The translations under genes were made by a program, and so were the position numbers. The notes below the pieces were generated by a model that was given only the letters and a program-made list of their open reading frames with translations, searched no databases and was not told the DNA's origin. From contig JBFMAD010000006.1 of the NCBI GenBank assembly GCA_040755855.1, positions 1 through 64,000 on the forward strand: DNA of 64,000 bases, in the 5' to 3' direction. Source of the DNA: Planctomycetota bacterium (lineage in GTDB: Bacteria; Planctomycetota; Brocadiia; JAADGH01). Below, piece after piece: positions 1 to 9,629 of this stretch. Position 1 is the stretch's first letter. The number at the start of each line of letters is the position of its first letter.

Positions 1-2631
1 TTCTTGTTGCTGGCCTGTCTGCTGCTGTTTGGCGTCGGCCAGTTGCTTGGACTGCTGAGCGATCTCTTTCTCGCGCTCAGCCAGCTCGCGGGCCTGCTCG
101 GCGGCGGACTTGAGCTGGTCGGTGACGGATTTTTCGAGGGCCCGGTTGATGTCCTTCAACGCATCTTTCAGGGCCTTCTCCGCCTTTGTGCCGTGGTCGC
201 GGGCGTCGGCGGGTTTCTGGTTTTCCAGGGCCTTCTTCGTCTCACCCATCTCGTTCGCCGCCTGGTTTGCATCGCGGGCGGCGGAGTAGGACTGCTGCGG
301 GTTCTCCCGGTGCATGTCGAGGAGGTCCTGGGTCATTTCCTTGGCCTTCTGCTCGGCCTGAGCCTGCTCCTGGGCCAATTGCTCCATCTCGCGCTTCTGC
401 TGCTCGGAGACCTTGCCCTGCTTCACTTCCTTCGCCGCCTGTTCGGTGGCCTCCTTGTTGATCTCCTTCTGCTGCTCGACGAGCTTCTCCGCCTCCTGCT
501 TCTTCTTCTGCAGCTCGGCGATCTGGCGCTCGCGCTCCTGCTGCTCGCGGGTCTTCTGGTCCTGGTCGGCCATCTCCAGCGCCTGGCGGATCTTCTCCTC
601 CATCTCCTTGTTGCCCGATTCCTTGGCCATCTGGATCAGGTGGAGGATGTCGCGCTTGGCGCGGTAGAGGTGGTAGAGGCCCTGGTTCTCGTAGGGCAGG
701 GCGCTGTCGCTGAGGAGCTGCTCGAGGACCATGCCGGCGAGGCCCATCTGATCGGACGCTTTGGAGATATTCTCGGCCCGGTCAATGTGCTCCTCCAAGC
801 CGGCCGTTTTGAGCTTCTCCATAAGTTCCTCGGCAAGTTGCGTGGCATGTTTTTGGAGGGCCTTCTCCTCTGAGGACAGGTTCTTCGCCTGGGTCTCCTG
901 CTCCGGCTGCCACTTATCCTTGGGCAGGCGGTTTAGGTCGAACGTCTCGCGCAGGGCCTTCTGCTGGGCCTTGATGAGGTTGGCAAGGTTGTTGATGAAG
1001 CCTTTTTCCTTCTCACCCTTCTCGCCCTCTTGGCCCTCCTGGTCAGCGTAGCGGTACTGCTGGCCGTAGGGTTCGATCTCGATGAAGAAGAGGTCGGACA
1101 CGCTCTCCTTCGGGCCGCTGACGGTGTCGTTGTCAATGGCGTAGGCGTAGTAGCTCACGACGTCCGTGTCGTCGAGTTTGAGCGATTCGAGGTAGAAGGT
1201 ATGCTCGGCGCGGACGCTCGTGGATGGCTCGACGATCTCCCGCACGGTGACGCGCTTCTCCTCGTCGGTTTTGATCTTGTAGGCGATGCCGACCTCGCCC
1301 ACGCCGAAATCGTCGCCGGCCTCGATGACCAGGGGGACCTCGGTGGTCTTGACGGCCGTGATGTTCTTGCCCGGCTTGACCACCTTCACTGTCGGGAGTT
1401 TGTCCTCGATGGCCTTGATGGTGTAGAAGATGGATTCCTCGTTCGTCCGGCCGCGCTCGTCAATCACGGTGAGGCGGTACTTGTCGTTCTCCTTCACCGC
1501 GAACATGACGTGGAATTCCTTGTCCTCCACCTTGTAGGCCGGCTCCATGGGGCGCTTGGGGTTCTGGAACTCGACCTGGGCCTCGGCGATCTTCTTGTTC
1601 ACGACGCCGGTGATGTCCACCTCCGTGCCCTTGAGGGCAGTGACGGGGCCGATGGCGTCGTCAATATCCTTGGTCTTCATCTTTGTGTAGAGGGGGTATG
1701 TCAACTTCATCTTGAGCTGGGTGATCTTCGGGACCTCGTAGATGCTCAGGAGGTAGTCCTCCGTGGTGTAGTCCCCGGCGGAGACGCGGAACTTGATGGA
1801 GTCGAGCATCCGGGCGAAGGTGAAGCTGTAGCTCTTCGGGTCGTCCTTCTGCATCCCCTCGGAAACCCATTTCGGCTTCAGGTTCGGGTCGTTCTCCTGT
1901 CCCTCGGGAATGACGGCGTAGGAGATCGTCGCGCCCGACGGGATGCGTCCCTCAATCTTTGCCTTGATTTCCACGGTGGTCAGCTTCCGGACTTCACTGG
2001 TCTTGGGGGTCACGTCCACCACGGTCAACGTGGGCACAGGGAGGCTGGCCCAGGGCTTGACGAAGCGCCGGAACGTCAGGCCGAAGATCCGGGGGCTGAG
2101 GATGTAGTAGCCGGCGCATATCAGAACGACCACTCCCAGCGCCGCGAAGACCATGCGCGGCGTGCGCCGGTCCACCGCGCCGATGTAGTTGACCCTCGCC
2201 GATCTCTCGGATGCGTCCTGGATGAGGCGGTTGACGATGGACTCCGACGACAGCTCCATGGTTTTTTTCGGGTTGGTGCCGTACTCGACGGAGGTGCTGA
2301 CGGTGGTTTCGAGCTGGTCGAACTTCGATTCCACGTCCACGGCCACACGGCGCGCCTCGCGGTGAAGCCAGATGGCGCGGATCACGAACAGGACGAAGGC
2401 CGCCCCCAGCAGCGCGGCGGAGAGCGACGAGACGGCCAGTCGTCCCGCCGTAGAGAACTTGACATAGATGTCGAGTCCGCTAAAGAGGAGGAATGCCACG
2501 CCGAAGAGGGTGAGCAGCGAACGGAGGGCGATGCGGCGCAGCCGGCGTCCGCTGGCGCGCGAGACGGCCGCCAGTCGGTTGAGGATCTCCTTCAGCTGCT
2601 TTGCGCGGTCCGAGGTCGGCGAAGGGGACAT
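1..2631 (-). CDS. DUF4175-like membrane-anchored coiled-coil protein (3'-partial, runs off the window)
   Basis: Absent from the ORF track because it has no stop in the window. Manual translation from ATG 2631 (RBS GAAAGGA) gives MSPSPTSDRAKQLKEIL..., N-terminal TM helices, beta-rich middle with AGDDFGVGEV and YYAYAIDNDTVSGP motifs, then E/Q/K coiled coil. Lies downstream of a BatA/vWA gene, the usual context. Confidence 0.75.
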   Translation of the reverse strand, partial: MSPSPTSDRAKQLKEILNRLAAVSRASGRRLRRIALRSLLTLFGVAFLLFSGLDIYVKFSTAGRLAVSSLSAALLGAAFVLFVIRAIWLHREARRVAVDVESKFDQLETTVSTSVEYGTNPKKTMELSSESIVNRLIQDASERSARVNYIGAVDRRTPRMVFAALGVVVLICAGYYILSPRIFGLTFRRFVKPWASLPVPTLTVVDVTPKTSEVRKLTTVEIKAKIEGRIPSGATISYAVIPEGQENDPNLKPKWVSEGMQKDDPKSYSFTFARMLDSIKFRVSAGDYTTEDYLLSIYEVPKITQLKMKLTYPLYTKMKTKDIDDAIGPVTALKGTEVDITGVVNKKIAEAQVEFQNPKRPMEPAYKVEDKEFHVMFAVKENDKYRLTVIDERGRTNEESIFYTIKAIEDKLPTVKVVKPGKNITAVKTTEVPLVIEAGDDFGVGEVGIAYKIKTDEEKRVTVREIVEPSTSVRAEHTFYLESLKLDDTDVVSYYAYAIDNDTVSGPKESVSDLFFIEIEPYGQQYRYADQEGQEGEKGEKEKGFINNLANLIKAQQKALRETFDLNRLPKDKWQPEQETQAKNLSSEEKALQKHATQLAEELMEKLKTAGLEEHIDRAENISKASDQMGLAGMVLEQLLSDSALPYENQGLYHLYRAKRDILHLIQMAKESGNKEMEEKIRQALEMADQDQKTREQQERERQIAELQKKKQEAEKLVEQQKEINKEATEQAAKEVKQGKVSEQQKREMEQLAQEQAQAEQKAKEMTQDLLDMHRENPQQSYSAARDANQAANEMGETKKALENQKPADARDHGTKAEKALKDALKDINRALEKSVTDQLKSAAEQARELAEREKEIAQQSKQLADAKQQQTGQQQE

Positions 2632-2688
2632 GGTCGGTTCCTTTCAATAGGTGCATACTACCTCTGTGAAATATACGATTCAATTATA

Positions 2689-4857
2689 TCACTTGGAAAT
2701 AGAGTTGGCAAGCAAGAGCTCGCACACCATGAAGATGAAGGCGAGGATGAGGAGCCAGCGCCAGCCGCCGCTGTCGTCCTCGCTGCCGTGGAATAGCTCC
2801 GCCCGACGGCTCACGGTGGCGATCTGGTCCTCGCTGCCTTTGCCGATCTCGCGGACCTTGCGGAGCTGCGCCTCCGTGGCGTGGGTGAGGTCCGACTCGA
2901 AGGTCTCCAGGTTCACCGCATAGCCCTTGCTCGGCTGCTGCGCCTCCGTCCCCGGCCAGGCGACATAGAGGCCCGGCGCATCCACCGTCCGCAGCGTAGC
3001 ATACCCCGTCTGGTCCACCGGGAGCTTCTCGATCTTCCCATCGGGGCGCTTCACAGCCACCATCTTCTCGGCCTGCAGGGCGTTTGCGTCAATGCGGATC
3101 GTCTCGCCGACCTTCGGCGCCTCGGCCTGCTTCACCTCACGGCCTGTGAGGTAGCGGACCATCTGGTGCACGAGCGGCACAAAGACCATCCTCCGCGGCA
3201 GGTCGGTCCAGCCGGGGTCCCAGGCGGTGGTGAAGCACCGGCTGGTGAAGAGGAGCACCTTGCCCTGGCCGAAGGTGTGGGCGATGAGGGCTGGTGCGTC
3301 GTCGTCGAACCGGGCGATAACACGCGCCTTCTCCGCGTCGGGTCCCTTCGGCATCTCCACGCCGAAGCGTTTGTAGAAGCGAGGGAGAGTAATGTCGCCG
3401 CTGTCCTTCGTGGCGAAGGGCTTGAGGATATAGTGCTCCATATCGGCCTTGCCGAGGGTCCAGTAGGGGTTGCCCTTCTCCACCGGTTTCAGTCGGCAGG
3501 GGAGCAACCCCCGCAGGCCGGCCTTGAAGAGGAGATGGTTGTAGATGGAGTAGTCCACATCCTCGCCGAGGAAGATCATCAGGCCCCCGCCCGACTGGAC
3601 GAATGCCTCGACGCGCTCGACCTGCTGGGCGGTAAGCCCGGCGACGTTGGCCAGGACGACCACCTCGTAGCCCGTCAGGTTCTCGTCGGCCAGGTTCTGC
3701 GCGGCAATCACCTCCGGCAAGACGTAGCCGGGGGCCTCGCCCTCCTGGGTGCGCGGGTCCATGGCCGTGCGCAGGTAGATCGTCTCCTGGAAGTCCTTGA
3801 TGGCGTTGATGGAGTTCTCGACGCAGAGCACCTTCACCGGCTTGGCGGCTTTCAGGTAGATGTGCCATTCGTCGTCAATGGGCAGCGCATCCTTGCCCTC
3901 GACGCGAACGACGGCGTTGAGCGCTGTCGCTTCAGGGTAGGTATGGGTGACGGCGATCTCGCGCGACTGGCCGGGCTCGTAGTCGAAGACCTTGCCGGGA
4001 AATTTCTGCCCGGCGACGTCCACGTGAAATCCAACGTCGCTCCTGGCCTTGGGCGAGTAGTTGACGATGGTGACGAGGAGCGTCAGGGGCTGTCCCGGCA
4101 TCCATCCCCAATCGGGGGCCTTCACATCACGAACGGCCAGGTTCTCCGCGTCCTTCAGGCCAACGTCCTTGACATCTATGCCGATGGCGCCGCCGAGGCC
4201 CTTGAGGGCCAGCTCGATCTCGCTGAGGTCGAAGCTCACGCTCTGGCAGTCGGAGATGAAATATATCCGGCGGTGGTCGGCATGGGAGCCTTCCAAGAGG
4301 GCGGCGGCGCGCTTGACGGCGTCGGAGTATTTGCATGCCGCGGCCGAGGGTTTCATGTCCTTGACCGCGTTTTCCGCGTAGGTGAAGTTTGGGGTGAGCT
4401 TCGTCAGCACGTCGCCGCCGCCGGCGGTGCGGACGACTGCCACGCGGTCGCCTCGGCGGAGCTTGCCGATGATGGACAGGGCCTCCTGGCGGACGTCATC
4501 GAAGATCATCTTGCCGTTGGGCATGAGGTAGCGGAGGCTGTAGGAGTCGTCCACGATGAGGACGAGGTCCACCTTGCCCTTCAGCGCGAGCGACCGGCCC
4601 ACGGCGCTCTTGAGGAAGGGCCGGGTGAAGGCCAGGGTGATGAGCGCAAACATCGCCACTCGGAGGAGGAGGAGCAGCAGTTCCTTGAACTTGATGCGGC
4701 TGCTCTTGCGCACCGTGGAGGCAAGGATGAACTTGAGCGAGCTGAAGATGACCGTCTGCTTCTTGGCTTTGAATAGGAGATGTATAAGGATCGGCGCGAG
4801 GATCGCGCCGAGGCCGGCATAGATGAAGAGTGGATTGACGAAGGAATATCCGAACAT
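2689..4857 (-). CDS. BatA N-terminal domain + vWA + glutamine-amidotransferase-like domain membrane protein
   Basis: N-terminal NPLF..GAILAPILIHLL...FSSLKF (BatA), vWA MIDAS DDSYSL, GGGLMIFLG, C-terminal TM. Confidence 0.85.
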   Translation of the reverse strand: MFGYSFVNPLFIYAGLGAILAPILIHLLFKAKKQTVIFSSLKFILASTVRKSSRIKFKELLLLLLRVAMFALITLAFTRPFLKSAVGRSLALKGKVDLVLIVDDSYSLRYLMPNGKMIFDDVRQEALSIIGKLRRGDRVAVVRTAGGGDVLTKLTPNFTYAENAVKDMKPSAAACKYSDAVKRAAALLEGSHADHRRIYFISDCQSVSFDLSEIELALKGLGGAIGIDVKDVGLKDAENLAVRDVKAPDWGWMPGQPLTLLVTIVNYSPKARSDVGFHVDVAGQKFPGKVFDYEPGQSREIAVTHTYPEATALNAVVRVEGKDALPIDDEWHIYLKAAKPVKVLCVENSINAIKDFQETIYLRTAMDPRTQEGEAPGYVLPEVIAAQNLADENLTGYEVVVLANVAGLTAQQVERVEAFVQSGGGLMIFLGEDVDYSIYNHLLFKAGLRGLLPCRLKPVEKGNPYWTLGKADMEHYILKPFATKDSGDITLPRFYKRFGVEMPKGPDAEKARVIARFDDDAPALIAHTFGQGKVLLFTSRCFTTAWDPGWTDLPRRMVFVPLVHQMVRYLTGREVKQAEAPKVGETIRIDANALQAEKMVAVKRPDGKIEKLPVDQTGYATLRTVDAPGLYVAWPGTEAQQPSKGYAVNLETFESDLTHATEAQLRKVREIGKGSEDQIATVSRRAELFHGSEDDSGGWRWLLILAFIFMVCELLLANSISK

Positions 4858-4921
4858 GCAAACCGAGAGTTATCGCCTCCGAAACACGAAGGAACCACGC
4901 ACTCGAACACTTATCTTTCGT

Positions 4922-4951
4922 ATTGTATCGGCATCAACGCAACAGAGTCAA
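4922..4951 (-). promoter_or_regulatory. sigma70-type promoter for the BatA/vWA operon
   Basis: TTGACT-N18-TACAAT on the minus strand. Confidence 0.55.
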
Positions 4952-5006
4952 GAAAAACCCGATCAGCGTATGATAGCTACTACGACCAGCCCCGCCGATT
5001 TGTTTA

Positions 5007-5035
5007 TTGCAACTCCCTCGCAAGTGCGGGATAAT
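5007..5035 (+). promoter_or_regulatory. sigma70-type promoter
   Basis: TTGCAA-N17-GATAAT. Confidence 0.45.
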
Positions 5036-5072
5036 ACGACGGGTTGAGGGACTCATTCCGTTGGGGACGGTG

Positions 5073-6125
5073 ATGAAGAAGGTCATTACGATAGCGGGCG
5101 GGGGCATCGCCGGGCTGACGGCGGCCATCAATCTCCGCAAGGCGGGCATCCCGGTTCGCGTCTTTGAAAAGCGCCCGGAAATCGGCGCGCGATTCAACGG
5201 CGACTACCAGTGCATCGAGAACTGGTTGACTGACGAGGATTGTCTTGATTTCCTCAGACGAGTCGGGGTTGAACCGACGTTTCCATTCCGGCCCGAGCGT
5301 TCCGTCACGGCGTATGACGCCGCGGGCCGAGAATACCGCTACGGTTCCGCCGCCACTGTCGGCTATATTGTGCGACGAGGCTCCATGGACGATTGCCTCG
5401 ATCAGCACCTGAAACGGCAGGCCATCGCCCTGGGGGCGGAGGTCATCCTCGGCGAGGCATGTCCCCCGAAAGATGCGGACATAATTGCGACGGGGCCGGG
5501 TCGGCCCTTCATCCTCTTGCAAGGCATGGCGTTCAGAACGAGGCTCGATGACGAGATCCGCGTGATCTTCAGCCAGCGACTCGCACCGGGGTTCTATGCC
5601 TATTTGATCGCGGAAAATGGGAACGGTTACATCTGCACGGCGCGCGCCCGGCCTAAAAAGGGGAAGCGGCGACTGCTCGAAGAGACGGCTGCAAAATTTC
5701 ACGAGCATCTCGACTTCGGCATGGAGGCGCCAAAGCGCTTCGCCAACTACGGGGTGAGCCGTCCGATCTGGAACCACCGGAAGATCATTGTCGGGGAGGC
5801 TGCCGGCTTCCAGGACGCCCTCTGGGGCTTCGGCATGAGATACGCATTCCTGAGCGGACATCTGGCGGCCATGGCCGTCGCCGAAGGTCGGGACTACTGG
5901 GACATGGCGCGGATGCAGATCGCCCCTTCCGTCCGCGCCTCAATCGTCAATCGCCTGCTCACCGATATCACCGGCGATGCCGGCTACTGGACCCTGCTGC
6001 ACGTCATGCGGTGGTATGGCGACCTTCGCCTGTTCCTCCGGTATCACTATCGCCCCCGCCTCTGGAAGCTAGCGCTCTACCCCCTGGCCGCGGCGCACCT
6101 CCTCCCCCTGTTCGGGCATCGGTGA
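5073..6125 (+). CDS. FAD-dependent oxidoreductase (geranylgeranyl-reductase-like)
   Basis: IAGGGIAGL Rossmann motif, VFEKR, VGEAAGFQD..GFGM. Start moved to ATG 5073. Confidence 0.8.
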   Translation: MKKVITIAGGGIAGLTAAINLRKAGIPVRVFEKRPEIGARFNGDYQCIENWLTDEDCLDFLRRVGVEPTFPFRPERSVTAYDAAGREYRYGSAATVGYIVRRGSMDDCLDQHLKRQAIALGAEVILGEACPPKDADIIATGPGRPFILLQGMAFRTRLDDEIRVIFSQRLAPGFYAYLIAENGNGYICTARARPKKGKRRLLEETAAKFHEHLDFGMEAPKRFANYGVSRPIWNHRKIIVGEAAGFQDALWGFGMRYAFLSGHLAAMAVAEGRDYWDMARMQIAPSVRASIVNRLLTDITGDAGYWTLLHVMRWYGDLRLFLRYHYRPRLWKLALYPLAAAHLLPLFGHR

Positions 6126-6175
6126 GACAATGTGCGGGCCGGCTTCTTATGTCACTCAGCACTCGTCAGTCCCCC

Positions 6176-7738
6176 TCACGCCCGCCACGGCCGCTCGCGC
6201 TTGGCATACCTCGGCAGAACCTCCAGCGCGATGTTCACGTCCTCGACGATCTGGAAGTCATACATGCCGACGCATATGAAGTCCGCCCCGTTCTTAAAGG
6301 CATAGTCGAACCCCGCCTTCGGATGGATCGCCCCCGCGCCGAGGACCTTGAACGCGATCCACGGCTGTTCCAGGGTCTTCATGAATGCAACGGTCTCCTC
6401 CGGGTTCAGGCAGAAGATGTTGTCGTGCTGCTGCGGGTGCTTGGCCGACCAGTAGTTCTTCTCGTGCAGCGTCTTCATCCAGAAGTCGGGGAGGATTCCC
6501 TTCTCGACGCACGTCTTCACGGTGATGATATGATGCGCGCCGATGCCCGCCGGCAGGCTGCTCGCTCGAATCAATTCCACCGCCTTGGCTATCTGGTCAA
6601 TCTCGCCCGTCTGGACCAATTGGTCGGCGACGCCGCCCTGCACGTAGCATGCGCACGCGCCCTGGCCGATGGACAGCCGGATAAGGTCCATGAAATTCTT
6701 TCCCGCGCAGTCGGAGATGAACTGAATCTTGCCGATGTCGCGCTTCCAGTATTCGTTGATCACGCCGCAGAGGACGGGGTTCGTGAGGATGGCGTTGATC
6801 CCGCACTTCTCGGCGAGAAGGAACGTCTCGAATATCTTTGTCTTGTCGTGATACGCCTTGACGAGCTTCGACACATAGATCAAGTCGCGCGCGTGCGCCC
6901 ATCCGCCGATCAGGTTGCCGCCGAGGATCAGCCGGCTGAAATCCACCCCCTTGATCTTCGCCGTCGAGACCTGGCCCTTGAGGTCCTTCAGGCCGGCGAA
7001 ATCGAACGTCTTGATCGTCGCCCGCGTCACGGCGTCAACGCGCTGCTTCAGGTGCTTCTCCTCATGGCTCTCCCAACGATATTTCTGGACCAGCGCGACC
7101 GCAAATCCGCCGAGAACGGGCAGCGTGGCCAGACTCCCGATCACCGTGCGCCGATCGAGCAGGCGGACCTCCGCGATTTCCTCGCCCTTCTTCCGTCGCC
7201 GCGCCGCCCGCCACTTCGCCCACAGTCGGGCGATGAACCGATCCAGGCCGACGACCTTGCCCGTCGGGAACATCAGCAGCACGCACAGGGCCACCAGCTC
7301 CACCAGGTTCTTGTTCACGATCAGGTAATGCCCCTCCGCGGGCGCGCCGAAGCCGAGGCCCACCAGCGGAGGATGGGCGATATAGTAAAGGGCCAGCATC
7401 GCCACCCCGCCGAGACACGCCAGGCGCGTGAAGCAGCCGAGGATCAGGCCCAGGCCGATGGCGATCAACCCACAGATGTTCAGCAGGTCCACCACGCGCA
7501 GCAGTCCCGGGTCCGAGGCGATCCGGTGGAACCAATCCGACAGGACCCAACGCGACATGGTCAGGAAGTTTGCCGACGACCAGCCGGGCGTGAGGAGCTT
7601 CGCCACGCCCTCATACAGGAAGTGCCAGCCCACCACCAGCCGCAGGACAACGAGGAGCGTCAGTTGAATCGCCGACGCACCCCTCGGCATTGTTCCGCCG
7701 CGGCTTTCCACATATTCTGTGTCTGTCTTTTCACCCAT
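6176..7738 (-). CDS. DoxX-family membrane domain fused to aldo/keto-reductase-like domain
   Basis: LRLVVGWHFLYEG.AK and VNKNLVE (DoxX); SRLILGGN, PWIAFKVLGAG, GADFICVGM (AKR-like). Start at 7738 with RBS GAGGA. Confidence 0.8.
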   Translation of the reverse strand: MGEKTDTEYVESRGGTMPRGASAIQLTLLVVLRLVVGWHFLYEGVAKLLTPGWSSANFLTMSRWVLSDWFHRIASDPGLLRVVDLLNICGLIAIGLGLILGCFTRLACLGGVAMLALYYIAHPPLVGLGFGAPAEGHYLIVNKNLVELVALCVLLMFPTGKVVGLDRFIARLWAKWRAARRRKKGEEIAEVRLLDRRTVIGSLATLPVLGGFAVALVQKYRWESHEEKHLKQRVDAVTRATIKTFDFAGLKDLKGQVSTAKIKGVDFSRLILGGNLIGGWAHARDLIYVSKLVKAYHDKTKIFETFLLAEKCGINAILTNPVLCGVINEYWKRDIGKIQFISDCAGKNFMDLIRLSIGQGACACYVQGGVADQLVQTGEIDQIAKAVELIRASSLPAGIGAHHIITVKTCVEKGILPDFWMKTLHEKNYWSAKHPQQHDNIFCLNPEETVAFMKTLEQPWIAFKVLGAGAIHPKAGFDYAFKNGADFICVGMYDFQIVEDVNIALEVLPRYAKRERPWRA

Positions 7739-7792
7739 CGCGGTTTCATCCTCAAGAGTTTGCGGACTCATTCCACCCAGCCCATCCAGATG

Positions 7793-7821
7793 ATTATAGA
7801 GGAGTCCCGCCCTCGATTCAA
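7793..7821 (-). promoter_or_regulatory. sigma70-type promoter (DoxX-AKR gene)
   Basis: TTGAAT-N17-TATAAT. Confidence 0.6.
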
Positions 7822-7847
7822 TACGAACCATCCGCCCCGCCTTCCCC

Positions 7848-7876
7848 TTGACAAATGCGCCGGGCCGTCGTAGATT
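7848..7876 (+). promoter_or_regulatory. sigma70-type promoter, back-to-back with the previous one
   Basis: TTGACA-N17-TAGATT. Confidence 0.6.
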
Positions 7877-7917
7877 TGGGATACGCTCGGACCATCCGGA
7901 CTATCGGGACCGTTGAC

Positions 7918-8451
7918 ATGAAACGCATCGCGCCCGTCGCCATCTTGATCGCCGCGGTCTTTGCGCTGCCGCGCGATGCCCGCGGGCAGTTTGACTTCTC
8001 CACCCCAAAGACCGCTTACGAGTCGTGGGTCAATGCCATCCGCGAAGGCCAGGGCGACCACGAACCGGCGCTCTACTGCTACTCACAGCGCCTCCACAAG
8101 GAGGTCAAGGAGAAGGCCGACAAGACGGATTTTGGGCACAACCTCGTCGCCCAGCAGCACATAGACTTTGCCAACCGCCTCCCGCAATACCAGGCGGCTG
8201 AGCCGCGCCTGCTCTCCAACACCGAGGCCGTCATCACGCTCCAGAAGCATGGCGCAAGCGACAAGACGACGGAGGTCCGCCTGGTCCGCGAGGAGGACGG
8301 ATGGAAGATTGACGGCTTTCCGTTCGCCGAGGAGGCGGAGGAAAGCGATGCCCAAGCGCGGGGCTGGCTTATCGCGATTATCGCCGGCATGATCGTAGCC
8401 CTCTTCTATTTTGTCGCCCGAACGGCCCTCAGCTCCCGCTACAGGCGATGA
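7918..8451 (+). CDS. exported hypothetical protein, NTF2-like, with C-terminal TM anchor
   Basis: Signal peptide MKRIAPVAILIAAVFAL, LVREEDGWKID motif, C-terminal hydrophobic helix. Confidence 0.65.
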   Translation: MKRIAPVAILIAAVFALPRDARGQFDFSTPKTAYESWVNAIREGQGDHEPALYCYSQRLHKEVKEKADKTDFGHNLVAQQHIDFANRLPQYQAAEPRLLSNTEAVITLQKHGASDKTTEVRLVREEDGWKIDGFPFAEEAEESDAQARGWLIAIIAGMIVALFYFVARTALSSRYRR

Positions 8452-8479
8452 ACCAAAAAAGAATCCGTGAGAAAGTCCA

Positions 8480-9232
8480 ATGAAAAAGGTCATCATGTTT
8501 TTCGGCGCACACGCGGACGATATGGAGATCCGCGCCGGCGGGACGATGCGGAAGTTCGTGGACAAGGGATACGAGGGCGTCTCCGTGATGCTCACGAACA
8601 ACATCTGCGGCGCGTACGTGGATGACACGACTGACCAGTACTTCTCCACCGGCCCCGCCGAGACGTCCGAGATTCGCCACCGCGAGGCCCGCGAGGCGGC
8701 CGAGGTGTTGGGCCTCAAACTGATCTTCATGGACTTCAAGGAGAACAGCTATTTCAACGGCTCGAAGCGCGTCTTCTTCGGCACGGACGACTATGACGTG
8801 AAGAACACACCCGGACGCGAACCGCTGATGGTAGCCACCTATCTGGAGCATTGCATCCAGGATGTGGTCAAGGTCCTTGTCGAGCATGAGCCGGAGATCG
8901 TCATCACCCACAACATCGCCAACACGAACCCGGAGCACTGCGCCGCGGCGCACCTTACCCACCATGCGTTTCAAATCGCGCGGGGGCGGGTGGAACTGGG
9001 AGAGCTGTGGTTCACGTGCCGCGTTCAAAGCCCGGGCGACATCATCCGACTCTCGCCCGATGTGCTCATTGACATCAGCGATTACCACCCCACGAAGTGG
9101 GAGGCGCTCCAGAGGCACCGCAGCCAGCGAATCGCCTGGGACCGAGTGCGCGTGACCGACGAGTATTGGGGCAAGGTGGCCGGGGTGAAATACGCCGAGG
9201 CGTTCCGCACGATTTCGAGGGGGATGCGATGA
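8480..9232 (+). CDS. PIG-L/LmbE-family deacetylase
   Basis: GAHADDME, R.REA..AA..LG, ITH...NPEH, H.SQ, YAEAF. Confidence 0.85.
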   Translation: MKKVIMFFGAHADDMEIRAGGTMRKFVDKGYEGVSVMLTNNICGAYVDDTTDQYFSTGPAETSEIRHREAREAAEVLGLKLIFMDFKENSYFNGSKRVFFGTDDYDVKNTPGREPLMVATYLEHCIQDVVKVLVEHEPEIVITHNIANTNPEHCAAAHLTHHAFQIARGRVELGELWFTCRVQSPGDIIRLSPDVLIDISDYHPTKWEALQRHRSQRIAWDRVRVTDEYWGKVAGVKYAEAFRTISRGMR

Positions 9233-9401
9233 GCGCTACACCGGAAGAATCCAAGCAACGCGCGACCGCATCCTGGCGCACTACCCCGCCTGATTAACCC
9301 GTAGAAAATTTTAACCGAACGAAATATGCGAAGCCTCCCTGCCCCCTGTTGCCCGGCAGATTTTTATGCCTCCCCCGTGTCATTTATTTTGCGACATTGC
9401 C

Positions 9402-9430
9402 TTGCTTTGGCATTAAATGGATGATATAAT
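9402..9430 (+). promoter_or_regulatory. sigma70 promoter with extended -10
   Basis: TTGCTT-N17-TATAAT with TG at 9422-9423. Confidence 0.6.
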
Positions 9431-9486
9431 ATGAGTGTTGTAAAGTACTAATGGTGTGGGAGGTATCTGCGAAAAGGAGTTTTTTT

Positions 9487-9594
9487 ATGACAATAGCACC
9501 TTGGCAATGGGCGATCGTTGGCGTAGCCGTGGTTGTCATCGTGGTGATGGCCATACTCAAGGTCCTCAAAAAAGGCGGCGGTGAGGCGAAGTAG
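9487..9594 (+). CDS. small single-TM protein (35 aa)
   Basis: RBS AAAAGGAG then MTIAPWQWAIVGVAVVVIVVMAILKVLKKGGGEAK*. Own promoter; below the ORF-track length cutoff. Confidence 0.7.
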   Translation: MTIAPWQWAIVGVAVVVIVVMAILKVLKKGGGEAK

Positions 9595-9629
9595 CCTCCC
9601 GGCTATTCGAACCTCCGAGAGGATCGGCT

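Noticed and set aside
4..4776. Long plus-strand ORFs (4-873, 1030-2796, 2881-4776) and similar antisense ORFs elsewhere (e.g. 6011-7873, 35985-38027, 55475-57889)
   Set aside because: Antisense shadows of real genes in GC-rich DNA; no recognisable motifs.
9229..9297. 22-aa ORF coupled to the deacetylase stop (MSATPEESKQR...)
   Set aside because: No features or homology evidence; may be chance or a gene remnant.
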